The translations under genes and the position numbers were made by a program. From Leucoraja ocellata (taxonomy: Eukaryota), in the NCBI GenBank assembly GCA_036785375.1, contig JAWMAR010000030.1, positions 9,300,001 through 9,364,000 on the forward strand: 64,000 nt of DNA. Direction: 5' to 3'. The notes beneath the pieces were generated by a model. It searched no databases. It saw nothing but the letters and a program-made list of their open reading frames with translations, and was not told where the DNA came from. Positions 1-13,818 of the stretch are shown here, in pieces. Positions within the stretch are counted from its first letter, which is position 1. Each line of letters begins with the position of its first letter.

Positions 1-52
1 TTTTCCAGTCCTTGGAAAATCCCTAACATAGTGGCGTTTGTTTGCATTGTTA

Positions 53-242
53 AGGGCCTGTCCCACTTGGGAATCATTTGCGTGTCACGCAGGCGGCGTG
101 CGAAGATTGTGAATCCCGAAATCCTGGGGTGCTGCTCGTCACTGCCTACTCCACCACGCGCCATGCATGTGTCACGACGCATGCGTGACGTGTAAATGTT
201 GCGTAAATGACGCACAAATAACTCCCAAGTGGGACAAGCCCT
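53..242. mobile_element. PIF/Harbinger-type MITE
   Basis: TIRs AGGGCCTGTCCCACTTGGG / CCCAAGTGGGACAAGCCCT flanked by TTA duplication (50-52, 243-245). Confidence 0.85.
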
Positions 243-1968
243 TTAACCCCTAAACATGTTGAAAAAGCCAGTGGGTCAGACTTTATAAAGCCAGCAACTG
301 GAAAGCGCACGAAGAATACAAACCTCGTAATGTTTATATTTGGCCATTAGGTTCAGAGCTTTTGGATATAAGAGCTCAGTATATTTACTTAAACAGCCTG
401 CTTAATGATGGCACAACAGATAACTCCAATCAGGTAAATGGTTGTGTCAATAATTTCACCTGCCCACTTCAAATGACCTCTCGTGCTCAAAAGAACATCG
501 TAGATAGACAAGGAGCGGTGGAACAGAGCTTAGGTTTACGTTTATTAGTGAAAAACTGGAGCAATTTGTATGAACTCGAGAATGGAGAAAGGCTGCACCT
601 TCCGAGCAGCCGCATGCTCTCACAACAAGGAGTGGGCAACAGCAGAGCCGTCAGTCTCTGTGACCCTGTCCTACTCTCGCTTGGCAGCCTTGCATTGTCA
701 TAGCCCCTTCCCATCTACAGCTCCAGTTTCATCAAATCTACCAACATCCGCTCCCTCCTCCACCCCAGCATCTCCTCCCTGAAGGTCCTTTCTCCTCTCA
801 CCCAAACTGCTTCTCACTGTACAATTGGGCCAAATACCAGCCTCCTTCCACCCAACTCCATAACTCCCTTTCTCGACCCCACTCTCCTTACTTTCTGCCT
901 CCTTTCCTCCTCCTCCATTTTCACTCCTCTCCATTGCCAGCTCCTCTTCTTCCCCCTCCAACCTCCCATCGCAATGTGACCCGAGCAACATTTTTACACC
1001 CTGACGTGAACATTACGAGAGTTCACAGAGCCTGTGTAACGATTGAAGATGTTTTAACTGAGCTCTTCAGCCGAGCTATTTTTAAAACAAACTAGCAACT
1101 TGAGCTGCCAGCCTTGTCCTGAAGAGCAGCACGTTCATTTTGATTACCTGATGCCTTCAACAAGTTTTCCTGTAATTAGTCTGTAAATGCAATTTAGTTT
1201 CCAATTCAGTTATTCCATGTGATTTGGTCCTCGCTAACGACAGTTATTGCCCGTCCCTAATTGCTTGTGATCTTAGTGGCGTGCATGTCTGAGGGTATTT
1301 AACAGTCAACCACATCAGTGGGTCTCAAGTCACAATAAGGTCAGACATGTCAAGGATGGAAGTTTTCATACCTGAAATGATATTAGTGAGCCAGTTGAGG
1401 TTTTACAGTTACCAAAAGCTTATAAATGTCATCTTTGTTAATGACAGTCTCTTCAAACAATTCCAGCTTGCTAAGTGATTTTAAATTCCACAGCTGACCT
1501 GGTGAGATTATTCTCCAGATTACTACTCCAGTAATTTAACTGCTTCGCCACCATTGTGCCATATGACTAGGGCAAATTTCATGACACACAAGCCATAATG
1601 CTGCATTTGCTACAATACTATACTGATAATCTCAACAGTGGAGTCCAATATTAACCAAGAAGATAGAGGAGTTTGTAAAAAGTCAGGAATGGACATTATA
1701 TTCCCTCTATGTTACTGGACATCAACAGTAGAGCTCCAATGGTAACAAGGAAGTTGGAAAACTTTGTTTAAAAAAAGGGCAGTCACTATATTTCTTGTAT
1801 GCTATTGAATCAGAATATGAGCAATCACCAGAGTCAAGCAGAGCCATCTTCGGCAATGCGATGACATATCATGTCTACTCTTTATTAAGTATCAATAAGC
1901 CACTGACTGCACCACACCTTCTTTAAACAGCAATTAAAGCAGGCAGATAGGAGGCTGCATCTTCTTAC

Positions 1969-2193
1969 CGTGATATTCTCCAGGTCCAGATGCCGGTTGT
2001 GAACAGTCTCGCAGAGCTTGCGGATTTTCTCCTTTATCTTTTTCATTTCTTTCTCATTCAGTTGATGCGAGCATGGCTCCTGGTCCAACTCCAGGAGGCG
2101 AATCATCAGGTCCAGACTGGCTCGATCCAGATCCATGTTCAGCCGATCTCGGCTTAGGATGTACATTAGTGCTGCCGTGCAAAGAGCTAGATT
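1969..2193 (-). CDS. WAPL: WAPL exon (225 nt): [36 protein letters not shown]...HLDLENIT
   Basis: Acceptor ggttgtcag|AAT, donor ACG|gtaaga; hallmark WAPL peptide. Confidence 0.97.
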
Positions 2194-2901
2194 CTGACAA
2201 CCCAGAACAAAAAAATGTCAGATTCAACAAATGGGCAACGGACTAAAGTAGGACAATGAGCATGGACACCAAATTCTCGTTAGGGGTATGGGAGCACGGA
2301 TGTCCTACAGGCAACAAAAATATAGACACTACTAAAGGCAATGTCACCAAGATTGTTGCCAACACTACCTTATGTATTAGTTTGCATGTTTAGTTTAGAG
2401 ATATAGCATGGAAACAGATCCTTCAGCCCGCTAAGTCCATCGATCGACCATCGATCACCCGTTTACACAAGTTCTATGTTATCCCACTTTCATATCCACT
2501 CCCTGTACGAATGGAAACCTGCAGAAGCCAATTAACCTACAAACCCACACATCTATGGGATTTGGGAAGTAACCGCATCACCCGGAGGAAGCCCATGTGA
2601 ACACAGGGAGAATCCCCTCTAACCTACAGATCGTTGGACTCTCGCAGTTCTGCTGTGTGAGCACGCCCCTGATTTTGATCACTCCAACATTTGTTGCCAA
2701 GGCTACAAGCTCCAGCATTCACCCCTTTACATCTCTCATGCTTTCTATTCTTAAATCCTTCCTAGAACCCAATCTGTTTAACCACATGTGGTTCCGTGCA
2801 AGTTTATGTTAGCAATAACGTGGAAGTATTTGAGCATGGAATGATACACCACAATAATTGTTATTAACACTTCCTCTGAACATTGAACAATGAGGCTCTA
2901 C

Positions 2902-3013
2902 CTGGTTCTTTTGTGCATCGTCTAGTGTCTTGAAGACCATGGCTACCATTCCATGAGCTCTCAGGTGCATTCGGAAACTGGGCATGGCACACTTGGTGGC
3001 CAAGCTGATAATA
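2902..3013 (-). CDS. WAPL: WAPL exon (112 nt): [37 protein letters not shown]
   Basis: Acceptor tgtctttcag|T, donor CAG|gtagag; phase 2 start fits the previous exon. Confidence 0.97.
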
Positions 3014-4304
3014 CTGAAAGACAAATCAAGTGCAAGACTTAAAAAGCAGCCACCAGCCCTTTGAATATGCACATAGGCAATAGGACCAAACCAGCAACTT
3101 ATACAATAGAACAAAAAAAAGTAGATGCTGGAAAACAGAGACAAAAGCAAAGTCCTGTGAGCACTCAGCAGGTCAAACATCACCTATGGAGAGTCTTATG
3201 AGTCAATTCTTTGGGTCTTGGACTCCATCAAAATTGGAGATGTGAGAAAACAAGCATTCTTAAAAGATTAAGAGGGAAGGGTTAGAATGGATGTGCACTG
3301 AAATATGCAGACATGTACATGTATACAGAGGTGAGAAAATGTAAATCAATATCAACATTCACCCCTCAGGCAGGAACGTGCACAACTTGAGAATGGGATG
3401 CTGTTCCAGCCTTCAGCATACACTGGGCATGAAGGCCAAAGACTGAAAGAATCAGTCACCATGACAGCACTCTACATCCTGCTAAGGCAGCTGTTCAGCT
3501 ACTACACGCTGTGGTCAACAATCACCAGAGACAGCTAAGAGACTGGTATAGCTTGGACCCACGTGAGTGCTCACAGCTACAGCTTTAATTTATCTGAAGT
3601 GGGAGGAATCAAGGGAGAAATTGTTTAAAGGTGAGAAGAAATTCTCATGCCTCTGAAGGTTTCGTAATTTTGCAACCTATTTCCAATGTATTCCCATTTT
3701 CAAATGCACCATGGGCCACTCTTCTATTTGATACATCCCAATGCATTTCAGTGAAATTGGGAATTAATACCCATTAAAATCCTGACGACTCCCACAGGTA
3801 ACTCGAGTACGCCTCTTTTCATCCTGTTTCTCCAGGGGTTTGACATGGTTAATCCGTGTATTCACTGCCGGCTTACAGTTGGAATAGAGCTTCCCTTGTC
3901 CTCCCCTTCAATGGAATTTCAACATATCTCCTGCAGGAAAAGAGTTGCTGGAAGAATTCAGCGGGCCAGGCAACGTCAGTGGAGGGAAATGGGCATTTGA
4001 CTGGTTCGGATGACCCAAAGTGACGACTTTCCTTTTCCTCTGCAGATGTTGCTCAGCCCACTGAATTCCCTCTGAATTCCTCCAGTAGTTTGTTTTTCAC
4101 TTTGGATTCCAGCATCTACAGTCTCTTGGCTCCACATCTTATTTCCAGCCCTCTGAGCATTCAAAGGAACTGATGCTTCTGCCATTCTGTGTCCACAAGC
4201 CACTCCCCTTCTCACAGTATTTTGCCTGTGCAACCATGTCAGATACAACACTTGCTCTTTAAACCTCTTACCTTCCCATCATTCAGAGACTTACAGAAAT
4301 TAGT

Positions 4305-4686
4305 TTGTTAGAAACAGCGTGGAAACAGGATCTTCCGCTCAATGAGTCCGCGCCGACCAGCGATCTCCGCACATTAACACTATTCGACACACACTTGGGA
4401 CAAATTACATATAGACCAAGCCAGTTCGACACGGACTAGAAGGGTCGAGATGGCCTGTTTCCGTGCTGTATTGTTATATTATATTATACTATATTATAAT
4501 TAACCTACAAGCCTGCACATCTTTGAAGTGTGAGAGAAAACCGAAGATCTCGGAGAAAACCCATGCGATCACGGGAGAACGTACAAACTCCGTACAGATA
4601 GCACCCGTAGTCGGGATCAAATCTGGGTCTCTGGTGCTATAAGCGGTGTCAGGCAGCAACGCTATCGCTGTACCACCATGCTGCCC
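4305..4686 (-). mobile_element. tRNA-derived SINE (HE1/V-SINE-like) with CR1-type tail
   Basis: Minus strand head ggcagcatggtggtacagcg...gatttgatcccg (A/B box-like), central gtttgtacgttctccc...gggttttctcc, tail cctgtttccacgctgt. Partial copies at about 2385-2612, 37555-37730, 57500-57655, 60055-60200. Confidence 0.75.
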
Positions 4687-5437
4687 AATTCATTAAGGGG
4701 AAACAGCAATTCATTTACACTTCTTCCAACCAGTTGGATAGAATTTTAAATAAACAGCCACAAGGATTGAAGATAGAAAGCATTGGCACTGATTAACCAT
4801 GGCCTTTTAAATACTACTGGCACTGATATAACACAAAGCATTACATATTAACTGGCACTGATGTACAATGAGATACTGTGTACTTTTGCTGCTAAATTGA
4901 TTGAAAGTGTACTGCGCCAACATCTCTTCCAAAAACAAATTCTCCATTGAAGCAAGATTATCTTAAAAACAATTACTTGGCAACCCAATAAACAAGATAC
5001 AGGATCAAGTTCCACTGTGAGCTGCAGTGCGACTGCCACGAACAATGTTATTTTTAGTTATATCCAAGCTGGATTTGCCAGGTACTGTGTTTAATTAGTA
5101 CACAATGACTAAGCAGAGATTTGCTCACTGTGGTGATATCAGATTACTGGCAGTTTAATACACAAGCATCTAAATCATCGCTGAAATGCAAACAACCACG
5201 AAAGTAACTGGTTTTAAACTGGACTTGAAATAAGGTGAAGGATCTGTAACAAAGAGCACAGAATGGTGTGAACATGATCACAGAACCACAGCATGTGAAG
5301 TTTTGTTTAGCGTAAGCATAGGATTAAAGGACGGTTGGTTTAAATCTATTTCTATCCAGTGCCTCTCTGACACATTTATGCTGCATGCAGGGTTGTCTCC
5401 ACTCCAATCTGCTTCCAATACTGAATCAGCAGAGTTA

Positions 5438-5631
5438 AGGGCCTGTCCCACTTGGGCGACATTTGCACGTTACATAGGTGGCGTGCGAAGATTTTGTGAA
5501 TCCCAAAATCCTGGGGCACTGCCTGCTTCACCACGCACCATGCGTGCATAATGCACACCATGAGCGCATCACGTGTGCGTCTTGATGCGTAAATGATGTT
5601 GCGGAAAAGACGCCCAAGTGGGACAGGCCCT
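5438..5631. mobile_element. PIF/Harbinger-type MITE, same subfamily as 53-242
   Basis: Same TIRs, TTA TSD (5435-5437, 5632-5634), similar internal sequence. Confidence 0.88.
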
Positions 5632-6910
5632 TTAGTACAACAATAATTTCAATCTCCTGATACTGTCATGCTTCACCAGTATCAACTGTACTGGCACAGT
5701 TTAACACAGACAACAAATGGTCCAGTATGATCGTCTGTCTGAATGCAGGGAACATCAACCAGATGATCAGATAGGAAAGAAAATGTAACTTGAATTAGAT
5801 GGTTAGACACACACACTTATTTTAATACCAACTGCAATAGTCAAACTTTGAGATGCTGTGAAGGATGTGGGAACACGAAGTACTTTATCTATGGCATACA
5901 TGGAAACAGAGTAAATAGGTGCAGGAGTAGGCTATTCGGCCCTTCGAGCCAGCACCGCCATTCAATATGATCATCCAAAATCAGTGCACCGTTCCTGCTT
6001 TCTCCTCGTATCCCTTAGCCCAAAGAGCTATATCTAACTCTCTCAAAATCACCCACGACCTTGCATATTCTAAAGCTATTCTGAACTCTTGACTAATGTA
6101 ATTTAAAAAAAGTGCAGGTGCTGGTTTATACCAAAGATAAACACAAAATGCTGGAGTAATTCAGCAGGTAAGGCAGCATCTCTGGAGAATGTGGACAGGT
6201 GCTATTTCTGGTGGGAGCCTTCTACAGACTGATTGTAGAGGGGGTGGGGGAGAGCTGGAAGACCAGGACAAATAAAGGCCAGCAACAGACGACCTCAGAC
6301 AGGGTGGTTCCCTGACAGATCAATCTCCTCTTTCTGTTGCAACATACAGACAAGAATTTACACAGCACTGCCTTTTCAACTGTGTGGAAGGGCCATTCTA
6401 TTGCTCAATATATGGTAACAGTCAGAGTCATACAGCATAGAAACAGGCCCATCAGCCCAACTTGCCCATGCTAACCAAGAGGCCCCATCCACACTAGTCC
6501 CACCTGCATGTATTTGGCTTGTATCCCTCTAAACCTTTCTTATCCATATACCTGTCCAAAGGTCTCATAAATGCATTATAAATATATTACAGTGTGAGAC
6601 TTGAACTTACAGTCTAATTTGATGAAATATTACCACCCCTGAAACCAGAATACCTGAGTGAACCCATTCGATAAATTGCAGAGATATAATTTCTAGTTCT
6701 GGCAGAGCTTTTGGTATGTGACAAACAGGGCCATTTTCTGTACAGCCAATACACTAATCTCCTCCCTCAACCACTCACACAGTGCAGGTAAAATCTGCAG
6801 TATATTGACACCAACCAAGTCTGCTGGATATTGAAAAGAATAATCACAACGAATACATCAACCAAAATGAAGAGCACCTAAACAGTGAGACTCTATGCAC
6901 AACAACATAC

Positions 6911-7047
6911 CTAAGGCAGCGTGTGTTGAGAGGCTGAGAGCACTTCAATCCACTGAGCAAGTACTCAATGTCATCTGTAAACTCTTGGTTTTCTCCAAAT
7001 TCCACCACATCATTGAAGTGCTTCACGTGCTGGACCACAGTGTACAA
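6911..7047 (-). CDS. WAPL: WAPL exon (137 nt): [45 protein letters not shown], start of the WAPL helical-repeat domain
   Basis: Acceptor tgtatttcag|TTG, donor TAG|gtatgt; hallmark WAPL peptide. Confidence 0.97.
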
Positions 7048-7099
7048 CTGAAATACAAAAGCAGACCAGTATCTTAGAATTTCATCAGCTAAATGCAAG

Positions 7100-7595
7100 A
7101 TAGAGTCATGCAGCACTGAAACGGACCCTTCGGCCAACTTGCCCATGCCGACCAGATGTCCCATCTACACTTGACCTCTAAACCTAAAGCCCTCTAAACC
7201 TTTCATATCCACATACCAAATGTATTTTAAGTTATTATAGTACCTTCCTCACGTACCCCTCTCACAAATCGCTTCATATAACCACCACCCTCCAAGTGAA
7301 AAAGTTGCTCCTCAGGTTCCTATTAAATCTTTCCCCTCCCAGCCAACACGACACCTATGTTTCTTGATTCCTCTACTCTGTGGATCTACCCCATCTATTC
7401 CTTCTCATGGCCTTATACAACTATATAAGATCACCTCTCATCCGCCTGCAGTTAAAATAATAGCCCTAGCCTGGTCAACCTCTCCCTGAGCTCAGGCCCG
7501 CAAGTCTTGGCAACAGCTTTGTAAATCTTACCGGCACTCTTTCCAGCTTAACATCTTTTGTGTAGTAGGGTGACCAAAACTGGACACAATACTCC
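7100..7595 (-). mobile_element. CR1-clade 3' fragment
   Basis: Reverse complement of the same CR1 tail family. Similar pieces at about 6425-6570, 13495-13700, 16410-16930, 20855-21165, 43470-43700, 62065-62320. Confidence 0.7.
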
Positions 7596-7639
7596 TAGAG
7601 TTAACTTGGCACACGAGACCTTGGTATAGGCAATCACAG

Positions 7640-7955
7640 ACGAGGCCCCCACTAGGGTCTCCTCAATATACCACAGCTCCATTCTTGCTCCCCCCCCCCC
7701 CCCCCCCCCCCCCCCAGACGTAACAGGGACAGAGTCCCCCTAGTCCTCACCTTCCACCCCATCAGCTATCACATAAAACACATAATCCTCCAACATTGTC
7801 GCCACCTTCAAGGGATCGACGTCAGTCTGAAAGAGGATCTCGACCCAAAACGTTGCCCATTCCTTCTCTCCAGAGATGCTGCCTGCCCCGCTGAGTTACT
7901 CCAGCTTTTTTGTGTCTATCTTTGGTTTCAACCAGCATCTGCAGTTCCTTCATAT
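7640..7955 (+). mobile_element. Internally deleted Penelope-like fragment with poly-C run
   Basis: Encodes RNRDRVPLVLTFHP-like peptide, then joins the common terminal repeat (tctccagagatgctgcc...ccagcatctgcag). Confidence 0.65.
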
Positions 7956-8165
7956 ATACATTTGGGACTACATTGTTAATACAATGTAAACTGTACTGAG
8001 ATCTTACAACTTTTGAACAACGCAAAATATTTTCTGTGTTTTAACACTGCAAAAAAGAGCAGCTTGGATAAATATCCAATGATAACAAGCTTTGCAGAAA
8101 TACCCGCCAACCTCCAAGTAAAATGGTATCAGCCAAGTTAATCTGAGAGGAGATGCGACCAATAC

Positions 8166-8318
8166 CTCTTTATCTTCCTTCCTACATTTCAGTGCAGTCA
8201 CAATGTCTTGGTATGGCTGGGTTGGTATGGTTACGGTTTTGATCACGCGGGGAGGGGGAGGAGGTGCTTTGAAGACTCCTTCATCCTTCTGAGCAGTTTC
8301 ATTTGTGGTGGCTACGAC
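8166..8318 (-). CDS. WAPL: WAPL exon (153 nt): VVATT...[38 protein letters not shown]
   Basis: Acceptor tttttctcatag|GTC, donor GAG|gtattg; near-identical to vertebrate WAPL. Confidence 0.96.
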
Positions 8319-10820
8319 CTATGAGAAAAATCCAACACATAACCAGGTTAAGAAGAAAATGTCTGACAGAAGTGGTGCACACAGAGAAAGCTTCAACTAC
8401 TGCATGTAACCCAACAGTTATGCAACTGGCCTCATCAACTGTAATAATGAGAATCTTATGGTGAATGTGTAGCCATACTGAAGATGAAACTGAAAACAAT
8501 TGGCACTTGTTTAGAAAGAGGAAGATCACACACATTAAATGACAAATCAATATTTTCTTTTTTTCTTTAATTCTGTTATTTCATACTTCTTTATGAAACA
8601 AGAGGCTTTCAGTCCATCTCGTCATTACTGGCTCTCACAGTAATCGCACTGACCCAATTATTTATGTGTAATCCATTCCCTTTTACCATGCACACCAGTT
8701 CTTTTCATTCCCCTCCCAATTCTTGATGAAGGGTCTCGACCCGACACATTGACTACCCATTTCCCTTCTCGGATGCTGCCTAAACTGCTGAGTTCTACAT
8801 TTTTTTGTTACAGATTCCAGTGTCTGCAGCGTGCCTCTTTTTTGAGTCATTGTGATCTGATTCAGCCTCTTTCTGCAGCCTCCTCTGTCTCTATAAGTAT
8901 ATCCTGCAAGCTCAAGAACAAACTCTGGTTACTGTAACTGGGAGGCAAGGTCTGCTGTGCCATTATACCACCCACTGTTTCCTCTCAATGAAGATTATGT
9001 ATGGTGCAGAGTGTAGGAATATCATTTGTGGCATAAAGGAGTCCAATTATGTGTAAAAATAAACCTAAGTTTAGATTTGGAAATGCTTTTTTTGGATTAT
9101 TATTGGCTTGCATGAGCTGTTGAGCATTAAACCCAAGATGTGGTCATGATCCTACTTTATCTGGTTAGTTATTGAAAAGTAAATAAAATGCTGGAACACT
9201 TTATTAAACATAATTTATACCTATGTTCCCTGCTATGAGAAACATGCTCTCAAACATCAAATTACAACTATGTGCTACAAACAAGATTGCAATCTAGTAT
9301 GGCACGAGCTGCAATTACACTGGCAGTACTGTGGTGGGCTTTGAAATACCTACCAAGATCAGAAAATGGGTCTTGATCTTTGTATTTAAAAAAAAAAATT
9401 CATCTAGCTAATTTGACGTCAGGATTTTCTATTAACAGTTATTTTCTTTGTGAAATGTCATAATAGTGATCTTGCTGCTCACAAAAAAAATGCACCATGA
9501 TTCAGGAGAGTAGTAGCAAAGTGGTGCCATAATTTGCAATTCAACAGTTTATTAAATTAATCAAGTGATTAATGCAGAGGTGGTGCTATGGTAAAAGATC
9601 AGCTGTGACAGTGTCAAATGATGAGCAGGCATGAGGGGTCAAATGGTTTACTCCTCCTCTTATTCCTATGTTCTCCTGAAACCATACAATTGGAAAGTGC
9701 ATATACCAGTTGCTAATGAATATCGAAGACAGATGTAGAAGAAAGATACAGCCAGAGCAGAGTTAAACAAAAGTATTCAAGCCTCAATTTCAAAAATGAC
9801 CAAATTCAAGGAAATATAGTAACTTGGAGCAGGAGCGGGTAACCCGGCTGTTTTGATAGTCTATCAGCATTAGAATCATACCAGATCTTTTACCCCTCAG
9901 TGCCATTTCCTGACATTATTCCCATATACTTGAACTCCTTTAATATTTAGAAAACTGACAAAACACAATAAAAACATTAATTGACCTTAGAGATAAAGAA
10001 TTACACATATTTCTCACTCTCATCTCAGTCATAAACCCGCTCTTCCAACCTATCACAATGCTGACCTTGAACTTCTCTGCAACAAAGCTATAATGTTGGA
10101 ACTATATTCTAAACTCTGGTATTTTTCGCTTTGCTCGATCTGTTGTACTTGCATATGGCTTGATTGTGCTTATGTACAGGATGATAGATTTTCACTCTAT
10201 CTCGGTAAACGTTGTATTAATAAACCAATATCAAGTGGTCTAGCAAGTCACGCAGTTGTGGGTGGCTCGCCATCAATTTCACTGTTAAGAGCAGCAAGAC
10301 ATCAGTAATAAATGTTGGCCTTGCCAGTGATGTCTAAATCCTGCAAAAGTCCTAGTCTACTCAATCTCTCTTCAGGTAGGCCACCTATTGCCCTGGAAAT
10401 AGGAAAAGTCAAGAAATGGATGGACAACATTGAACATATCAGCTAGACTCGATCTGCAACCATGCTGAGGGACTATCTTCATCAGTTCAAGGCAGCACTT
10501 TAGCACTTCCTTCTAATAAAGCCAAAGCAACAAATAACATCCTCATCTGGAAAAGTAATAAAAAAGTAGAAGCTATAAGAATAAACTTTAAAATATATCC
10601 AGATAAATTTCTGTTTGGGAAGGGGACTGATTGTAAAATCACCCAGAAAGACAGTCAAGCTGAAATTCAAGCTCAGTGTTAAGTAGTATAAAGGCAAGTC
10701 ATATGGCATTTAGCCATAACTCAGCTGTAAGTAGGTCACCGGCTGGGCGTTAATCACTTTGCAGTCAGCACTGACTGATCATCTGAAACAGGTCTACATT
10801 TATAAAAGGTACTAGACCAA

Positions 10821-11335
10821 GAGGGGGGGGGGGGAAAGAGGAGATGGGGGGGGGGGGAGAGGAGAGGGGGGGAAGAGGAGAGGGGGGAGAGAGGAGGGGG
10901 GAGAGGAGGGGGGGGGGAGAGGGAGGGGGGGAAGAGGAGAGGGGGGAGAGGAGAGGGGGGAGAGGAGGGGGGGGAGAGGAGGGGGGGGGAGAGGAGAGGG
11001 GGAAGAGGAGAGGGGGGGGGAAGAGGAGAGGGGGGGAGAGGAGAGGGGGGGGAAGAGGAGAGGGGGGGGGAAGAGGAGAGGGGGGGGGAAGAGGAGAGGG
11101 GGAGAGAGGAGGGGGGGAGAGGAGGGGGGGAGAGGAGGGGGGGGGAGAGGGAGGGGGGGAAGAGGAGAGGGGGGAGAGGAGGGGGGGGGAGAGGAGAGGG
11201 GGAAGAGGAGAGGGGGAAGAGGAGAGGGGGAAGAGGAGAGGGGGGAAGAGGAGGGGGGGAGGAGGAGAGGGGGTGGGGGAGAGGAAAGGTGGGGGAGAGG
11301 AAAGGGGGTGGGGAGAGGAAAGGGGGGGGGGAAGA
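10821..11335 (+). repeat. (GGAGA/GGGGG)n polypurine low-complexity tract
   Basis: Almost exclusively G/A for about 510 bp; explains the Pro-rich and Gly-rich pseudo-ORFs. Confidence 0.95.
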
Positions 11336-11339
11336 ACCT

Positions 11340-11513
11340 AAAAAACATTTTAGAACCAAAAAAGACACATTCTACAAGCATTGTAGAACCAAAAGACACT
11401 TTTTGCAAACATTTTAGAACCAATAAACACTTTTTGCAAACATTTTAGAACCAATAAACACTTTTTGCAAACATTTTAGAACCAAGACACATTCTGCAAG
11501 CGTTTTAGAACCA
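11340..11513 (+). repeat. About 31-bp tandem repeat (aacattttagaaccaataaacactttttgca), 5-6 degenerate copies
   Basis: Visible repeated units. Confidence 0.85.
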
Positions 11514-12529
11514 CTAAGGACACTTACATTTGAGTAGACATGTGTTCAGTGTTATTCACAGCTCAGAGAAACGTGACCCTCTGCCTTCCTCCATCTTGTA
11601 GAGACTGAATGAGGCACACCCCTCTTCCTGGTTTTATAGTCCCTCCCCCCTGCCGCCAGCGGGGGCAGCAGAGAGAACGGGGAATTTTGTAAATTAATTA
11701 ATATCTATCATTTTTCATCGACTGGAAAAACCCTCGTCACACAAGCGGCGGAGGGGGCTCTGAGCGAGGTGGCTAAAAATGACGGCCGTAGGTAGCGGCG
11801 TTCTCTCGGAAATCGCAGCACAGATCGCCAAAACCGGTCAAGAACAGACTTTCAGTAATATAGAAGAGAGCAAAGTCGTCAGTCCATGGGCTGAGACATA
11901 AGGCGAAAAGACAGCAGAACAAGAGTAAGTATTCTTAATATTGCAATCGAGAAAGCAAAATACTGCAGATGTTGGTGAACTGCAGAGGAAACAGGAAATG
12001 CTGAAAATAGTCTTTCAGGTAGTGTTGACGCAGACAGAGGCAGTGAGCTGACGTTTCACATTAATGACATTTCATCTCCTGAAAGCTTATTATCACGTGG
12101 TTTTGTTTTGCAGTATTGGCGCGTAAACCTGGTGAGTATTTTTACATTTATGTTTTATTTCAGAAACCAAGCAAGGATTTCAATTCAAATCTTAAAGGAA
12201 GGGAAACCAACCACTAGACAAGGATTATTTTGTTAAACTTAGCCAGAAAGTGATAATGCAGGAAAGAACAATGCATTCTCCCCAGCTAAATGTCAGCGAT
12301 TCAGGTTTCAAAGTTAAATCTTATGAAACATTAATAATTTCCCACAAACATCTGTAAGAACTGTCAACAATTCAGCCTCAATTTTAATGGACAATATGAG
12401 TACTATTGTCATTAAAATTAGATGTTCCCAGTGAATTCCGGTGAACAAATGAGGGAATGGAGATGAGAGGATCAGAAGGAGGCAGACGAAATAGATTTTG
12501 ATGTTGAAGACCTCTTTCTGGAGTAGAGG

Positions 12530-13060
12530 TGTACAAATCATGAGAGGAATAGATCGGGTAGACGCAGAGTCTCTTGCCCAGAATAGGGGAAATCGAGAAC
12601 TAGAGGACATAGGTTTAAGATGAAGGGGGAAAGATTTAATAGGAATCTGAGAGGTGGCTTTTTCACACAAATGGTGGTGGATTTATGGAACGAGTTGCCA
12701 GAGGAGGTAGTTGAAGCAGGGACTATTGCAACATTTAAGAAACAATTAGACAGGTACATGGATAGGACAGGTTTAGAGGGATATGAATTGAATTGAATTT
12801 ATTTGTCATTCAGACCTTTCGGTCTGAACGAAATTTTGTTTCCCTGCAGTCATACATATAATAAAAATGACAAAAACACACAATCAACACAAATTTAACA
12901 TCCACCACAGTGAGTTCACCAAACACCTCCTCGCTGTGATGGAAGGCAAAATCTTAAAGTCTCTGGGCCAAACGCAGGCAAGTGGGACTAGTGTAGATGG
13001 GATATGTTGGTTGGTGTGGGAAAGTTGAGCCGAAGGGCCTGTTTCCATGCTGTATGACTA
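12530..13060 (+). mobile_element. CR1 3' fragment with nested inverted Rex1-like tail (about 12786-12964)
   Basis: CR1 tail gggatatg|ggccaaacgc is split by an insert ending aataaattcaattcaattc on the minus strand. Confidence 0.75.
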
Positions 13061-13818
13061 GAAGGCAAGGCTGAAACAGCAGCAACATTCCAAATTAGAT
13101 TGGTAAAATGAATGGAAGGAATGTTAAACAAAATAAATGGGATGAGACCACATGGCTGTGATATCCTCGAAAAAGTTAGATGTCATCATGAATTGATTGG
13201 GCTAAACGGTTTTTTTTTGCATTGAAACCTCTACATGAACAAACAAGGTAGAGATTGGTGACACTGAAGCAATTAGATTTTGCCACAGTAATAACTGGTG
13301 AGAAAAAGGCAAAATATGTCTTCTCTTTATGAAAGTGTAGGAGAAGCTGCTGCACAGATTACATGGAGCCAACTGCAGCAAGGAGCCAAAGGAACATCTG
13401 GAGAATTGACAGATGTCTTTCCAGTAGTCACACAAGAACACAGGAGAAAGGCACCGTCAAAGATGTGCATTTTTTTACATTAGAGTCATAGTTAGAGTCA
13501 TACAGCACGGAAACAGGCCCTTCGGCCCAGCTTGACCAGTGTGCCCCAACAATGCGAGTCCCCCCTGACTGTGTTTGGCCCATATCCCTCTAAACCTTTC
13601 CTATCCATATACTTGTCCAAAAGTCTTTTAAATGTTGTCATGGTTTCTGCTTCAATTACCTCCTCCGGCAGTTGATTCCATTTACACACCACCCTGTGTA
13701 AGAGACCTAGCTTTCAAACACTCTCCAGCACCATCCATAAAGGGCAACTGTGTTTATTAAGAATGCCACTTGGCCAAGAAGCACATTCTGGTTTCTTCTC
13801 CCAATAATGGACACTCAC

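Larger units (their letters stand above)
10812..11864 (-). mobile_element. Non-autonomous Helitron-like element containing a purine-rich tract and a 31-bp minisatellite
   Basis: Minus strand starts TCTATATTACT and ends CTTGGTCTAG|T; no TSD; ends shared with the element at 54870-55585. Confidence 0.65.

Noticed and set aside
450-1000. Purine-skewed segment with short ORFs (698..991 minus, Glu/Gly-rich)
   Set aside because: No recognisable domain or splice boundaries, and not the expected next WAPL exon (TGHLAMETLLSL...). Probably a degraded repeat; unresolved.
4600-4686. tRNA-like A/B boxes
   Set aside because: Head of a SINE, not a cloverleaf tRNA gene.
7690-7715. Long poly-C run (also poly-G at about 29473-29496)
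   Set aside because: Homopolymer expansions inside repeats; length unreliable, no functional evidence.
10754-11423. Pro-rich and Gly/Glu/Arg-rich ORFs of 165-204 aa
   Set aside because: Artefacts of the polypurine low-complexity tract.
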